Source of the DNA: Phaeosaccion multiseriatum
Lineage: Eukaryota; Protista; Ochrophyta, other classes
Length of the DNA stretch: 64,000 nucleotides
Assembly: GCA_965112735.1 (NCBI GenBank)
Contig: OZ218950.1
Location: 6,448,001 to 6,512,000 of the forward strand
Direction of reading: 5' to 3'
Made by a program: the position numbers and the translations under genes. How positions within the stretch are numbered: the stretch's first letter is position 1; each line of letters opens with the position of its first letter. The notes beneath the pieces were generated by a model. It ran no database searches, was not told where the DNA came from, and worked only from the letters and a program-made list of their open reading frames with translations. Positions 1 through 10,300 of the stretch are shown here, piece after piece.

Positions 1-430
1 GTGTGCCCCATTCGAGATGTACGGGCGCTGCAACAAAGGACACAAGGAGAAGGAGAGGTTGAGCTGGGAGATGAGACCACGGACTCGTGCCTGAGGCATC
101 TTTCCCCTCACCTCGGTGGTTGGAGCCCGTGGGACGAGACCGGCGCGGGTGGGGAAGCGTGGATGACGGCTGGCAACGAAAGAAAGGCAAGGCCTCCGAC
201 GCGTAGTCGCCCATGGGAAGGTCGAGAGGGATTAAGGGATTGAGGGGCCTGGGGGGGGCTTAGCGCGAAGAAGCTGAAGTTCGCAGCCTCCTCATCCAGA
301 GTCACAAATGGTTTGCCCTTCCTTTTTTCTTTTTTCTTTCTCTTTCTCTCCTTCTTCTTCCTTACCACGCAGAGCCTTGCTTACACAAGTTGGCACCAAG
401 CAGCTGTAGGCGATCATCGGAAAGGTCACT

Positions 431-2332
431 ATGCAGCAGCCGAAGCTGTGCCTTGGGGCCTTGGCCCTTGGGTGCGTGTTTTCCACGTCAGTAGCCTTTG
501 TGTCTCCCCTCTCTGCCCCTCGCGGCTTTGTGGCTCCTCTCCAGCAGCCGCAGCATCAGCAGCACAAGCAGAGCCGAGGACTCGGCCATGGATCTGTTGG
601 GGTATTGCATTCTGCCTTGGAGACTCGCCGTAGCACGAGGTAAGCTTAAGACTGTCACAAGAAGGTACCTGCGTCATCTGGCACCTTGCATGGTGCCACT
701 TTCAGGAGATACAAACGGTCAAGAGCGAGAGCAGCCCTCCAATCGCTCCTTGTTGGTTTGAATCTACTGCGAACGAAGATGACGACGTGCGACTCCTCCT
801 TTGTCTCCCCTTTCACCTGTTTGTCCTACTCTCTCTCCCTCTCTCCTACTCTCTCTCTCTCTGTCTGTCTTTGTCAGCATGATCTTTAGGTGGGGTCGAC
901 GAGACCATCAGGCAAAATCAAGGCAGAGCTCATCGGCGCTGCGCATGGTATCAGGGACAGACGATGTCCAGGGGAACGACAAGACGGGCGTCAGGAGGCT
1001 TGTTTTGGGAGGAATCTGGGCAGGCCTGGTCGCTTGGGCTTTTCTCTTTGCTCCTGGAAATAACCCGGCTGCCAAGGCTCTCGACGCGCAGCTTGTCACC
1101 GCTATGATTGCGAATCTAGCGGACACCAATGTAGACTTGATCTTCCGCCTGGTGTTCAACGCCTTGGGCCTCATGCCGCTCCTGTACGCCGGCATCCTGC
1201 TGCCTGGCTCCAAGGACCAGAAGCCGGTCCCTGCCTTTCCGTTCATTTTGTCCTCCATGGCCCTCGGATTTTTCGGGTTGGGGCCGTACGTGGCACTTCG
1301 AGAGTAAGTATATCTAAAGTTCCCTCCCTCTCTTTCCTCCTCCTCTTCCTCCTCACCGTTTACTCACACTCCCTCTGCTTTGTTTTCTGTTGCATTCCGC
1401 GCTGTTCCGAACCTTGCCTTCCCCCCCCTACACACAGATACAAGCCTTCGGTAAACCCTGAGAGCCTCGGCTGGGTACGTTCGTTCAGTTCCTTTGTGAT
1501 AGTCTGGCGCCTTTGCAACACTTCTGAATCGGCGGGCCTTTGTGCTCTCAGGAATGAATGTGCGCCTCTGGAAAAGAACCAAAGGGAGAAGGAATCGCCC
1601 TCGTTGCTAACCTTGGTCATCTGAGCTGCTTCCCACCTCACTTGTCTTGCTCTGCCCTCGGTCAGGGGGGAGGGGAGCGGGGGTGGGGTGGGCAGTGGCG
1701 TGTGGGCGTTTCCACAAACACTTGACTTGCTCCCCTCCCCCTCCCTTTCTATTGTTTTCCTCTCCCTCGTCCTGTGTCCCTCTCCCCTCCACCCTGCCCC
1801 TCCTCTTTGCCTCTCTTGCATCATCAGCTAGCCAAAGGGGCCAACTCGAAGGCCTTTGGCGGCGTTTGCCTGCTTTACCTGCTGGGGCTTTGCTACACAG
1901 CCACTACTGGAGACCTCTCCGCAAGCTGGCCAGAGTTCCTCCGGCTCGCCTCCACACAGCAGCTCGTCAACGTCTCGTCGGTGCGTCGTGCGAATCACTC
2001 GCCCTTCGTCTTTGCTCGCGTGCCTGCATCGGTCGACCTTGTCCATCCCATTCCCCCCCCTTGCCGCCATCCGCCATCCTATTTCCCACCCCTCTGCTAC
2101 CATCCCATTCTCTCCACCCGCTCTGGCCTACCAATCCCACTCCTCACAGGTGGACTTTGTGATCCTGAGTGGCATCATGTGGGAGCCACTCAAGGAGGAT
2201 ATGAGGCGGAGGGGATGGTTCTCCGATGGCTCCGGTAACGAGTCTGCCAGACTAGCAGCCTACTCTCTCCCTCTCTTCGGGCCCGTCGCCTACCTCCTCA
2301 CTCGCCCGCCCCTCTCGGCGGCCGAGGAGTGA
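431..2332 (+). CDS. Plastid-targeted DUF2834-like integral membrane protein (5 exons: 431-639, 890-1303, 1438-1474, 1828-1980, 2150-2332)
   Basis: GT..AG introns join in frame. N-terminal signal peptide ending SVA-FV (ASAFAP-like) followed by a transit-like segment. Hydrophobic segments with 'FNALGLMPLLYAGILLP', 'GFFGLGPYVALRE' and 'DFVILS...LKEDMRRRGW', which recall the cyanobacterial/plant DUF2834 family. Confidence 0.75.
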
Positions 2333-2574
2333 CGTAAACGGTCCAACGATTGGGTACTTACGTACCTGCGCAAGCACCAACCACTCACCCACCCCCCCTT
2401 ATAGGCGGCCCTTATAGGGCCCCAGGTTGCGTCTCTTCGAACCATGATCATTGTGAATTGATGAATCACGTGAGCCATCCTCAAGTACCGCCACAACAGA
2501 GCATATAACACGGGTTTGATACATGTATATTCTGACACGATGACACGACACACTACTAAACGCAGAACAATACA

Positions 2575-2812
2575 CCCTCGCCCTTGCCGCGGGCCTGTCT
2601 CGCTCTCGTCCTCGCGCTGCTGTCTGTGAGCGTAGACCTCTGTTGATGGATGGATAGGCGGGCGGCGGCCTATGTAGGGGGTAGGAGCATCCAGAACCAT
2701 CCATCTATCCATCCATCCACCCGACTTTTGTAACCCCGCCCCCCTCCCCGTCCGAAACAAATCTCCCAAAGCATATACATATACGTGTGTGTGTGTGTGC
2801 GTGTGGGCTGGT
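2575..2812 (+). repeat. Dispersed ~230-bp repeat, copy 1 (inverted homolog at ~62056-62270)
   Basis: 'ctcgctctcgtcctc..tgctgtctgtgagcgtagacctc..gatggatggataggcgggcggcggcct..catccatcc..gtaacccc..tccga..cgtgtgtg' aligns to the reverse complement of 62056-62270. Confidence 0.8.
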
Positions 2813-2879
2813 AAAACAGCACACGTAGAACCAACACGCCCAGTTTGTAGCAGCCATGGCCCAGGTCCTGACACCCGCC

Positions 2880-4615
2880 CTAACCAGTAGCAGTGAACGA
2901 GGCAGCGGCGGCAGCAGCGGCAGCAGCCGCGGCAAAAGCAGACGCAGAAGCAGCAATGGAAGGAGGAGGAGGAGGAGGAGGAGGAGGAGGAGGAGGAGGA
3001 GGAGAAGAAGGAGTCATGGGTCCTGCCCTCTTCTTGGCTGGCATGGCTCCCTTCTCAGCACCCGCGCCGCCAGTCCTACTTCCCTCAAGCTCCCCCCCCG
3101 CCTCGTTGTCCCCCTCATCGGGCCGTGCGCGCTTCTTCCCACCCTCTTCCGCTGTTGCAGCAGGTCTGGTACGCTTCTTGGGCAGGCAAGCACCGCTGGC
3201 GATATTGATACTGCTGCTGCTGCTGCTGCTGGTGGTGGTGGTGGTAGTGGTGGTCGTGGTGCCAGCTCCACCGCCGCCCCCACTGCTGCCTGCCTCAGCT
3301 CGCCTCAGCCCCCCTAGCTCTGGCAGCAACTGCAGCTGCTGCAGCGGCGGCTGCTGCGGCCACTGTGGCTGCTTCTGCGATCTGCTTTGGTGGCCGATCG
3401 CTCTCGCGGCCTTCCCCACAGCGGCGGCGGCGGCAGCTGCTGCTGCTGTTGCTGCTGCTGCCGTTGCCGTTGCCACTGCAGCTTCTGTATTTGTCGCAGC
3501 CGCTGCCATGGCCGGGTCTGCCGCCACCAACGGCTCTCGTGGCTCTGCTGCGCTGGTCGCCGCGCCGGGCGCATTGCTGTGCTTCATGCAGAGGCCGCCT
3601 CTGCGAGACTGGTTGGGGCAGTCGGCCGCACTGCAACGCTTCCTCTTTCCGCCGTGCTTGGTGCAAAGCCCCTAAAGGAGCAGCAGCAGTAGCAGTAGCA
3701 GCAGCAGCAGCAGCAACAACAACAACATCAACAAATGCAAACACAATTTCAAGTTACATTTTGACTGCAGTTGGAAGGTAGAGTAGATTCTGCGGGAGAC
3801 ACCCAGCTTTTCATCGGGTCCGCCGAGTAGGGAGTGTTATGGATGTCCAATGGCCAGCGCAACAACCCATACATCCCCGCCTCCCCTCTCCCTCATTCAG
3901 ACATACATACTCACCTGCGAAATCACGTGAAACTCGCAGCCGTCGACCTTGCACCGGTTGCATATGGCCCCGTGCCGCACACACACGCCCCCCCGCACCG
4001 CCCTCCGGGCGCAGCCCACGGTCTCGCACTCCTTTAGCACGGCCCCGTGCTCCTGGCACCGCCCGGCCTGTTTGGCTTGCTTCTCGCAGCCTTCCGCGCT
4101 GCAGCGCTGGACCTTTCCTCCGTGCGCGACACATCGGCCGTTCTGTCGTTGTTTGTGAGTGGGCCGTTGGAAAAGTGGAAAGGTCAGGGTTGGGTTCTAT
4201 TATCCCACCTCCGCCCACTACCCACTACCCACACACGCACACAGAGACACACAACCCCCCAACATTCTTCCCCCGACAAGACGAAAGCGGTCGCCAAGCT
4301 CTTGTCCATTGTCCCCGAAAAACCCACCTGGACCGCCTGCTTCGGGCAGCCCTCCACGACACACCGCTTCATCCTGGCTCCGTGCCGAACGCAGAAGTTC
4401 TGCTTGTGCACCTGCTGCTTTTCACACCCCTCGTGGCTGCACTTCTTGGTGCGCGTGGGTGCGCCGTGCTTGACGCACAGTCCAGCGCTCTGCTCCTGCT
4501 TCAGGCACCCCTCCACCTTGCACCGCTTCTTCCTGCTCACGCCCCCGTGAGGGAGGCAGAGCCCTCCCCCCGACGCCCACTTCTCGCACCCCTCCTTTGC
4601 GCATTTCTTCCCCAT
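2880..4615 (-). CDS. Tandem CxxxGCxK...CxxHG (WRKY19-like) zinc-finger protein, ~435 aa (exons 4615-4328, 4142-3915, 3671-2880)
   Basis: About 8 repeats such as CAKEGCEKWASGGGLCLPHGG and CSAEGCEKQAKQAGRCQEHG. Phase-0 GT/AG introns restore the repeat register. Low-complexity tail with NLS-like KKRTR/KKRAR. Confidence 0.85.
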
Positions 4616-6568
4616 CGCGCGGGATCGGCCCTCCCCAGCAGCCGGCAGACAGACAGAGAGTAAAGTCCGTTTGAATCTCTGCCCGAAGCACAGTCAATGG
4701 ATTGATGCCTGTGTGTTAGGCTCCTTCATTCACCATCCAGTCTCCCGCTCAATATAATCAGCCTCGTCAGCTACAAGGCCAAGGGCAGTGAGGACCCTGC
4801 CCGGAAAAAGTAGTTTTCGAGCAGAGCGAGTTTACGAGTCGATAGTATCGAAAACGTATTTTCGGGAAACGGGGAGGACTGGCAGTCACACAAAAAATGG
4901 ATGGAGGCAAGGGCACGCCGCGCCGACCGACGCGAGGGCCCAATGGCCCGTGCGGCCACGTATGACGCTCAGCCCACCGGGGTAGAGCAAGAATTTAGCA
5001 TTCACTACTGTAAAAGAGGAGGCGACGCGAGTACGGCGTCGAAAGAGTTGTAGCAAGTGCCGAAGAGCTCAGCGCGGTGAGAAGGACAGCGAAGGGGCGG
5101 AGCAGCCCAGCAGTCCACCGCGCGAAGGAGACGGCAGCGACAGCAAAAGTTTCCCCACCCGCCCGGCCCGGGGGGACGAGTGGGATTATCGGGAATCCAA
5201 CGGGGTGGATGGGAGTAGGGGCGAGGCAGACGCGTCTGCCCGCCCTGCTTTGGCACCCCCTGGAAATCGCATTTACCCCCCCTTACACAATCTAAACAAT
5301 TACAAGTATTAGCAGTTAGCCTGACCGAGCGAGAGAGCGTTCGAGGGGAAGGCATGGGTAGTACTAGGTGTCAGGACGTAGTGGACTGAAATAAGAACGG
5401 TCCTGAAGAGAGTTCCCAACGTACCTGAGAGTCCCCGTAACGGAGGGGCCTGTAGTTACTAAGCAAGTATCACGCTCGAAGTAGCGGGCAGTAAAGAGAC
5501 TACAATACGGGCACCGACGTCGCAACAGACGCGGAATATAGTAGCCCAAACCCCGGAGTTGTCTGTACTGTTCGTAGCTTTAGCACAGCCAGCCATAACA
5601 ACCACAGTTGCCTGCCCCTCACTCCAAGTCTCCCTTGTGGTAAGAACTGATGTAGTGGGTGGGTGTGTATATACAGACGTGCTGCTCCTTCCTCCCTTCC
5701 TTCTTCATGTCCTTAGTCCTCACGCTTGCCCCAGCGTCTCTATACGCCCTCTTGCTCTTACCCCCCTTCGCCTCCTACTCGGCCTTGTCACTGAACACTG
5801 AACCTCCCTTCGCCTCCTAGCTAGCTACTACATGGCTTCGTCACTGAACTGAAGATAACCACCCGCCCGTTATCCCGAAGTGGACTCCACACACAATAAG
5901 TAGTTGCATTTGAATCGGCCATACTGAGACGGGCACCGTGACGAGCCCATCCAGTGCCATCAGCTGTCTTCGCGGCTGCTGCGCCCCCACAGCTGCCAGA
6001 AAACATCATGCCTCGCGCCGCTCCTTTGGTACCCCGTGTGGGGAGTCGCCGACACACACACACAGCCAGGATAACAAACCTCATTGTCTCCGTCCACCAC
6101 CTGCGACTGATCATGCATACCAACGGAGCGTCCCCCAAATGTCGACGATAATCCGGACTCCAACATGTGCACCGCCTTTGAGTCCACACTCCTGAGCCAC
6201 CCTATGTGTGGAGTCTCTGCTTGCTGCTGTTTCTCCTGACGCCTCTGTAGCAGATAGAACGGCCAAAGGCGCGAGAGGGGGGATGAGAGAGGAGGGCTGA
6301 TGAGGACCCGTTGCTCGCTGCGTCGGTGGAGGGGGAGAGGATGTAGGAGGAGCCGAAGGGATGGGAGCTTTGAGCTTCGGATTCGAGCGCACTTGTCGAG
6401 AGTTGCTGACTTATTCTTCTGACGGGGGGGGCCCTTCCCAACTTAGTAGAGTCCTTCTGGACATGCAGAACTGTAGGGACTTCTGCCCTAACAAAGTACC
6501 TTACATTAGAACTTTTTGGACTATTGTATGTACAAAAGTACTTTACTAAGGAGCTGCACTCCATCCAT

Positions 6569-6816
6569 CTACGTCTTCAGGACCTCGAAAAGTAAATCCA
6601 AAGCGAGTAAGTCACTCTCGTCTTGCCGAGACACGGTACCAGCATTCTGTCGTTCCTGCAGCTGGTTACGCTGGTTGGCGAGTATGGTGCGCGTCTCCTC
6701 GTCATCGGAAGCCGCCCCGATCAGGCCAAGCACCCGATCGCGGAAGCGCTTCCGCTGCTGCGCCTTGAGTGAAAATGAAAGACGGGCACGGGGGAAAGTT
6801 TCACGGCTGATGCGCA

Positions 6817-6865
<49 letters not shown>

Positions 6866-6917
6866 GCGCCTCGATCCCCTTGCCTTCCTTGCCTTCTCGT
6901 CTGCGTAGTGGAGATGG

Positions 6918-6973
<56 letters not shown>

Positions 6974-7209
6974 GACCTCGAAAAGTAAATCCAAAGCGAG
7001 TAAGTCACTCTCGTCTTGCCGAGACACGGTACCAGCATTCTGTCGTTCCTGCAGCTGGTTACGCTGGTTGGCGAGTATGGTGCGCGTCTCCTCGTCATCG
7101 GAAGCCGCCCCGATCAGGCCAAGCACCCGATCGCGGAAGCGCTTCCGCTGCTGCGCCTTGAGTGAAAATGAAAGACGGGCACGGGGGAAAGTTTCACGGC
7201 TGATGCGCA

Positions 7210-7249
<40 letters not shown>

Positions 7250-7301
7250 GCGCCTCGATCCCCTTGCCTTCCTTGCCTTCTCGTCTGCGTAGTGGAGATG
7301 G

Positions 7302-7363
<62 letters not shown>

Positions 7364-10300
7364 GCGCCTCGATCCCCTTGCCTTCCTTGCCTTCTCGTCT
7401 GCGTAGTGGAGATGGGGCGTGCAGCAGTTGAAGTAAGAAAAAAAGAGCTATGTATATGTGTGTGTGTGTGTGTGTCGACGTGAGAAGAAAGGGCAGCAGC
7501 TGGGCGGTGACTGACGTACTTTGCTGTTGTACATAAATGGAGACAATGCCCTTGCAGTCACATGAACGCCGCCTGTGTGCATCCTCTGCCGCCTCCCTGC
7601 TCCTCGCCTGGAGGAGGTCCTGCTTTGCCGGGCACCCCTCCGGGTTTGTCCCGCATTTGAAGCCGTTGCTGGCCCTTTCCTTCTCGTCTGCGTAGTGGAG
7701 CCGAAGGAGATGGGGCGTGCAGCAGTTGAAGTAAGAAAAAAAAGAGCTATGTGTGTGTGTGTGTGTGTGTGTCGAAGTGAGAAGAAAGAGCAGGGGTGGG
7801 GTGGTTACGTACGTTGCTGCTGTTGATAGATGGAGACAATGCCCTTGCAGTCACATGAACGCCGCCTGTGTGCATCCTCTGCCGCCTCCCTGCTCCTCGC
7901 CTGGAGGAGGTCCTGCTTTGCCGGGCACCCCTCCGGGTTTGTCCCGCATTTGAAGCCGTTGCTGGCCCTTGCCTTCTTGTCTGCGTAGTGGAGCCGAAGG
8001 AGATGGGGCGTGCAGCAGTTGAAGTAAGAAAAAAAGAGCTATGTATGTGTGTGTGTGTGTGTCGAAGTGAGAAGAAAGGGCAGCAGCTGGGCGGTGACTG
8101 ACGTACTTTGCTGTTGTACATAAATGGAGACAATGCCCTTGCAGTCACATGAACGCCGCCTGTGTGCATCCTCTGCCGCCTCCCTGCTCCTCGCCTGGAG
8201 GAGGTCCTGCTTTGCCGGGCACCCCTCCGGGTTTGTCCCGCATTTGAAGCCGTTGCTGGCCCTTGCCTTCTCGTCTGCGTAGTGGAGCCGAAGGAGATGG
8301 GGCGTGCAGCAGTTGAAGTAAGAAAAAAAGAGCTATGTATGTGTGTGTGTGTGTGTGTGTGTCGAAGTGAGAAGAAAGGGCAGCAGCTGGGCGGTGACTG
8401 ACGTACTTCGCTGTTGTACATAAATGGAGACGAGGTCCTCGCAGTCACATGAACGCCGCCTGTGTGCATCCTCTGCCGCCTCCCTGCTCCTCGCCTGGAG
8501 GAGGTCCTGCTTTGCCGGGCACCCCTCCGGGTTTGTCCCGCATTTGAAGCCGTTGCTGGCCTCTGCCTTCTCGTCTGCGTAGTGGAGCCGAAGGAGGTGG
8601 GGGGCGTGCAGCAGTTGAAGTAAGAAAAAAAGAGCTATGTATGTGTGTGTGTGTGTGTGTCGAAGTGAGAAGAAAGAGCAGCAGCTGGGCGGTGACTGAC
8701 GTACTTTTCTGTTGCACATAAATGGAGACAATGCCCTTGCAGTCACATGAACGCCGCCTGTGTGCATCCTCTGCCGCCTCCCTGCTCCTCGCCTGGAGGA
8801 GGTCCTGCTTTGCCGGGCACCCCTCCGGGTTTGTCCCGCATTTGAAGCCGTTGCTGGCCTCTGCCTTCTCGTCTGCGTAGTGGAGCCGAAGGAGGTGGGG
8901 GGCGTGCAGCAGTTGAAGTAAGAAAAAAAGAGCTATGTATGTGTGTGTGTGTGTGTGTCGAAGTGAGAAGAAAGAGCAGGGGTGGGGTGGTTACGTACGT
9001 TGCTGCTGTTGATAGATGGAGACAATGCCCTTGCAGGCACATGGAAACCGCGAGTGTCCTTCCTCTGCCGCCTCCCTGCTCCTCGCCTGGAGGAGGTCCT
9101 GCTTTGCCGGGCACCCCTCCGGGTTTGTCCCGCACTTGAAGCCCTGGCTGGCCACTGCCTTCTCGTCTGCGTGGTGGAGCCGAAGGAGATGGGGCGTGCA
9201 GCAGTTGAAGTAAGAAAAAAGAGCTATGTATGTGTGTGTGTGTGTGTGTCGAAGTGAGAAGAAAGAGCAGGGGTGGGGTGGTTACGTACGTTGCTGCTGT
9301 TGATAGATGGAGACAATGCCCTTGCAGGCACATGAACACCGCGAGTGTCCTTGCTCTGCCGCCTCCCTGCTCCTCGCCGTGAGGAGGTCCTGCTTGGCCG
9401 GGCACCCCTCCGGATCGTCCTTGCACTTGTAGCCCTGGCTGCCGTCTGCCTTCTCGTCTGCGTAGTGGAGCCGAAGGAGATGGGGCGTGCAGCAGTTGAA
9501 GTAAGAAAAAAAAGAGCTATGTGTGTGTGTGTGTGTGTGTGTCGAAGTGAGAAGAAAGAGCAGGGGTGGGGTGGTTACGTACGTTGCTGCTGTTGATAGA
9601 TGGAGACAATGCCCTTGCAGTCACATGAACGCCGCCTGTGTGCATCCTCTGCCGCCTCCCTGCTCCTCGCCTGGAGGAGGTCCTGCTTTGCCGGGCACCC
9701 CTCCGGATCGTCCTTGCACTTGTAGCCCTGGCTGGCCCTTGCCTTCTCGTCTGCGTAGTGGAGCCGAAGGAGATGGGGCGTGCAGCAGTTGAAGTAAGAA
9801 AAAAAGAGCTATGTATATGTGTGTGTGTGTGTGTGTCGAAGTGAGAAGAAAGGGCAGCAGCTGGGCGGTGACTGACGTACTTTGCTGTTGTACATAAATG
9901 GAGACAATGCCCTTGCAGTCACATGAACGCCGCCTGTGTGCATCCTCTGCCGCCTCCCTGCTCCTCGCCTGGAGGAGGTCCTGCTTTGCCGGGCACCCCT
10001 CCGGGTTTGTCCCGCATTTGAAGCCGTTGCTGGCCCTTTCCTTCTCGTCTGCGTAGTGGAGCCGAAGGAGATGGGGCGTGCAGCAGTTGAAGTAAGAAAA
10101 AAAAGAGCTATGTGTGTGTGTGTGTGTGTGTGTGTCGAAGTGAGAAGAAAGAGCAGGGGTGGGGTGGTTACGTACGTTGCTGCTGTTGATAGATGGAGAC
10201 AATGCCCTTGCAGTCACATGAACGCCGCCTGTGTGCATCCTCTGCCGCCTCCCTGCTCCTCGCCTGGAGGAGGTCCTGCTTGGCCGGGCACCCCTCCGGA

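Noticed and set aside
4788-5312. Plus-strand frame with a single internal TAG (4983) and a CxxC
   Set aside because: No recognisable domain or proper start; plausible by chance at this GC content.
5366-6244. Possible solo LTR or TIR element (aggtgtcagga...tcctgacgcct)
   Set aside because: Only an 11-bp imperfect inverted match with no TSD.
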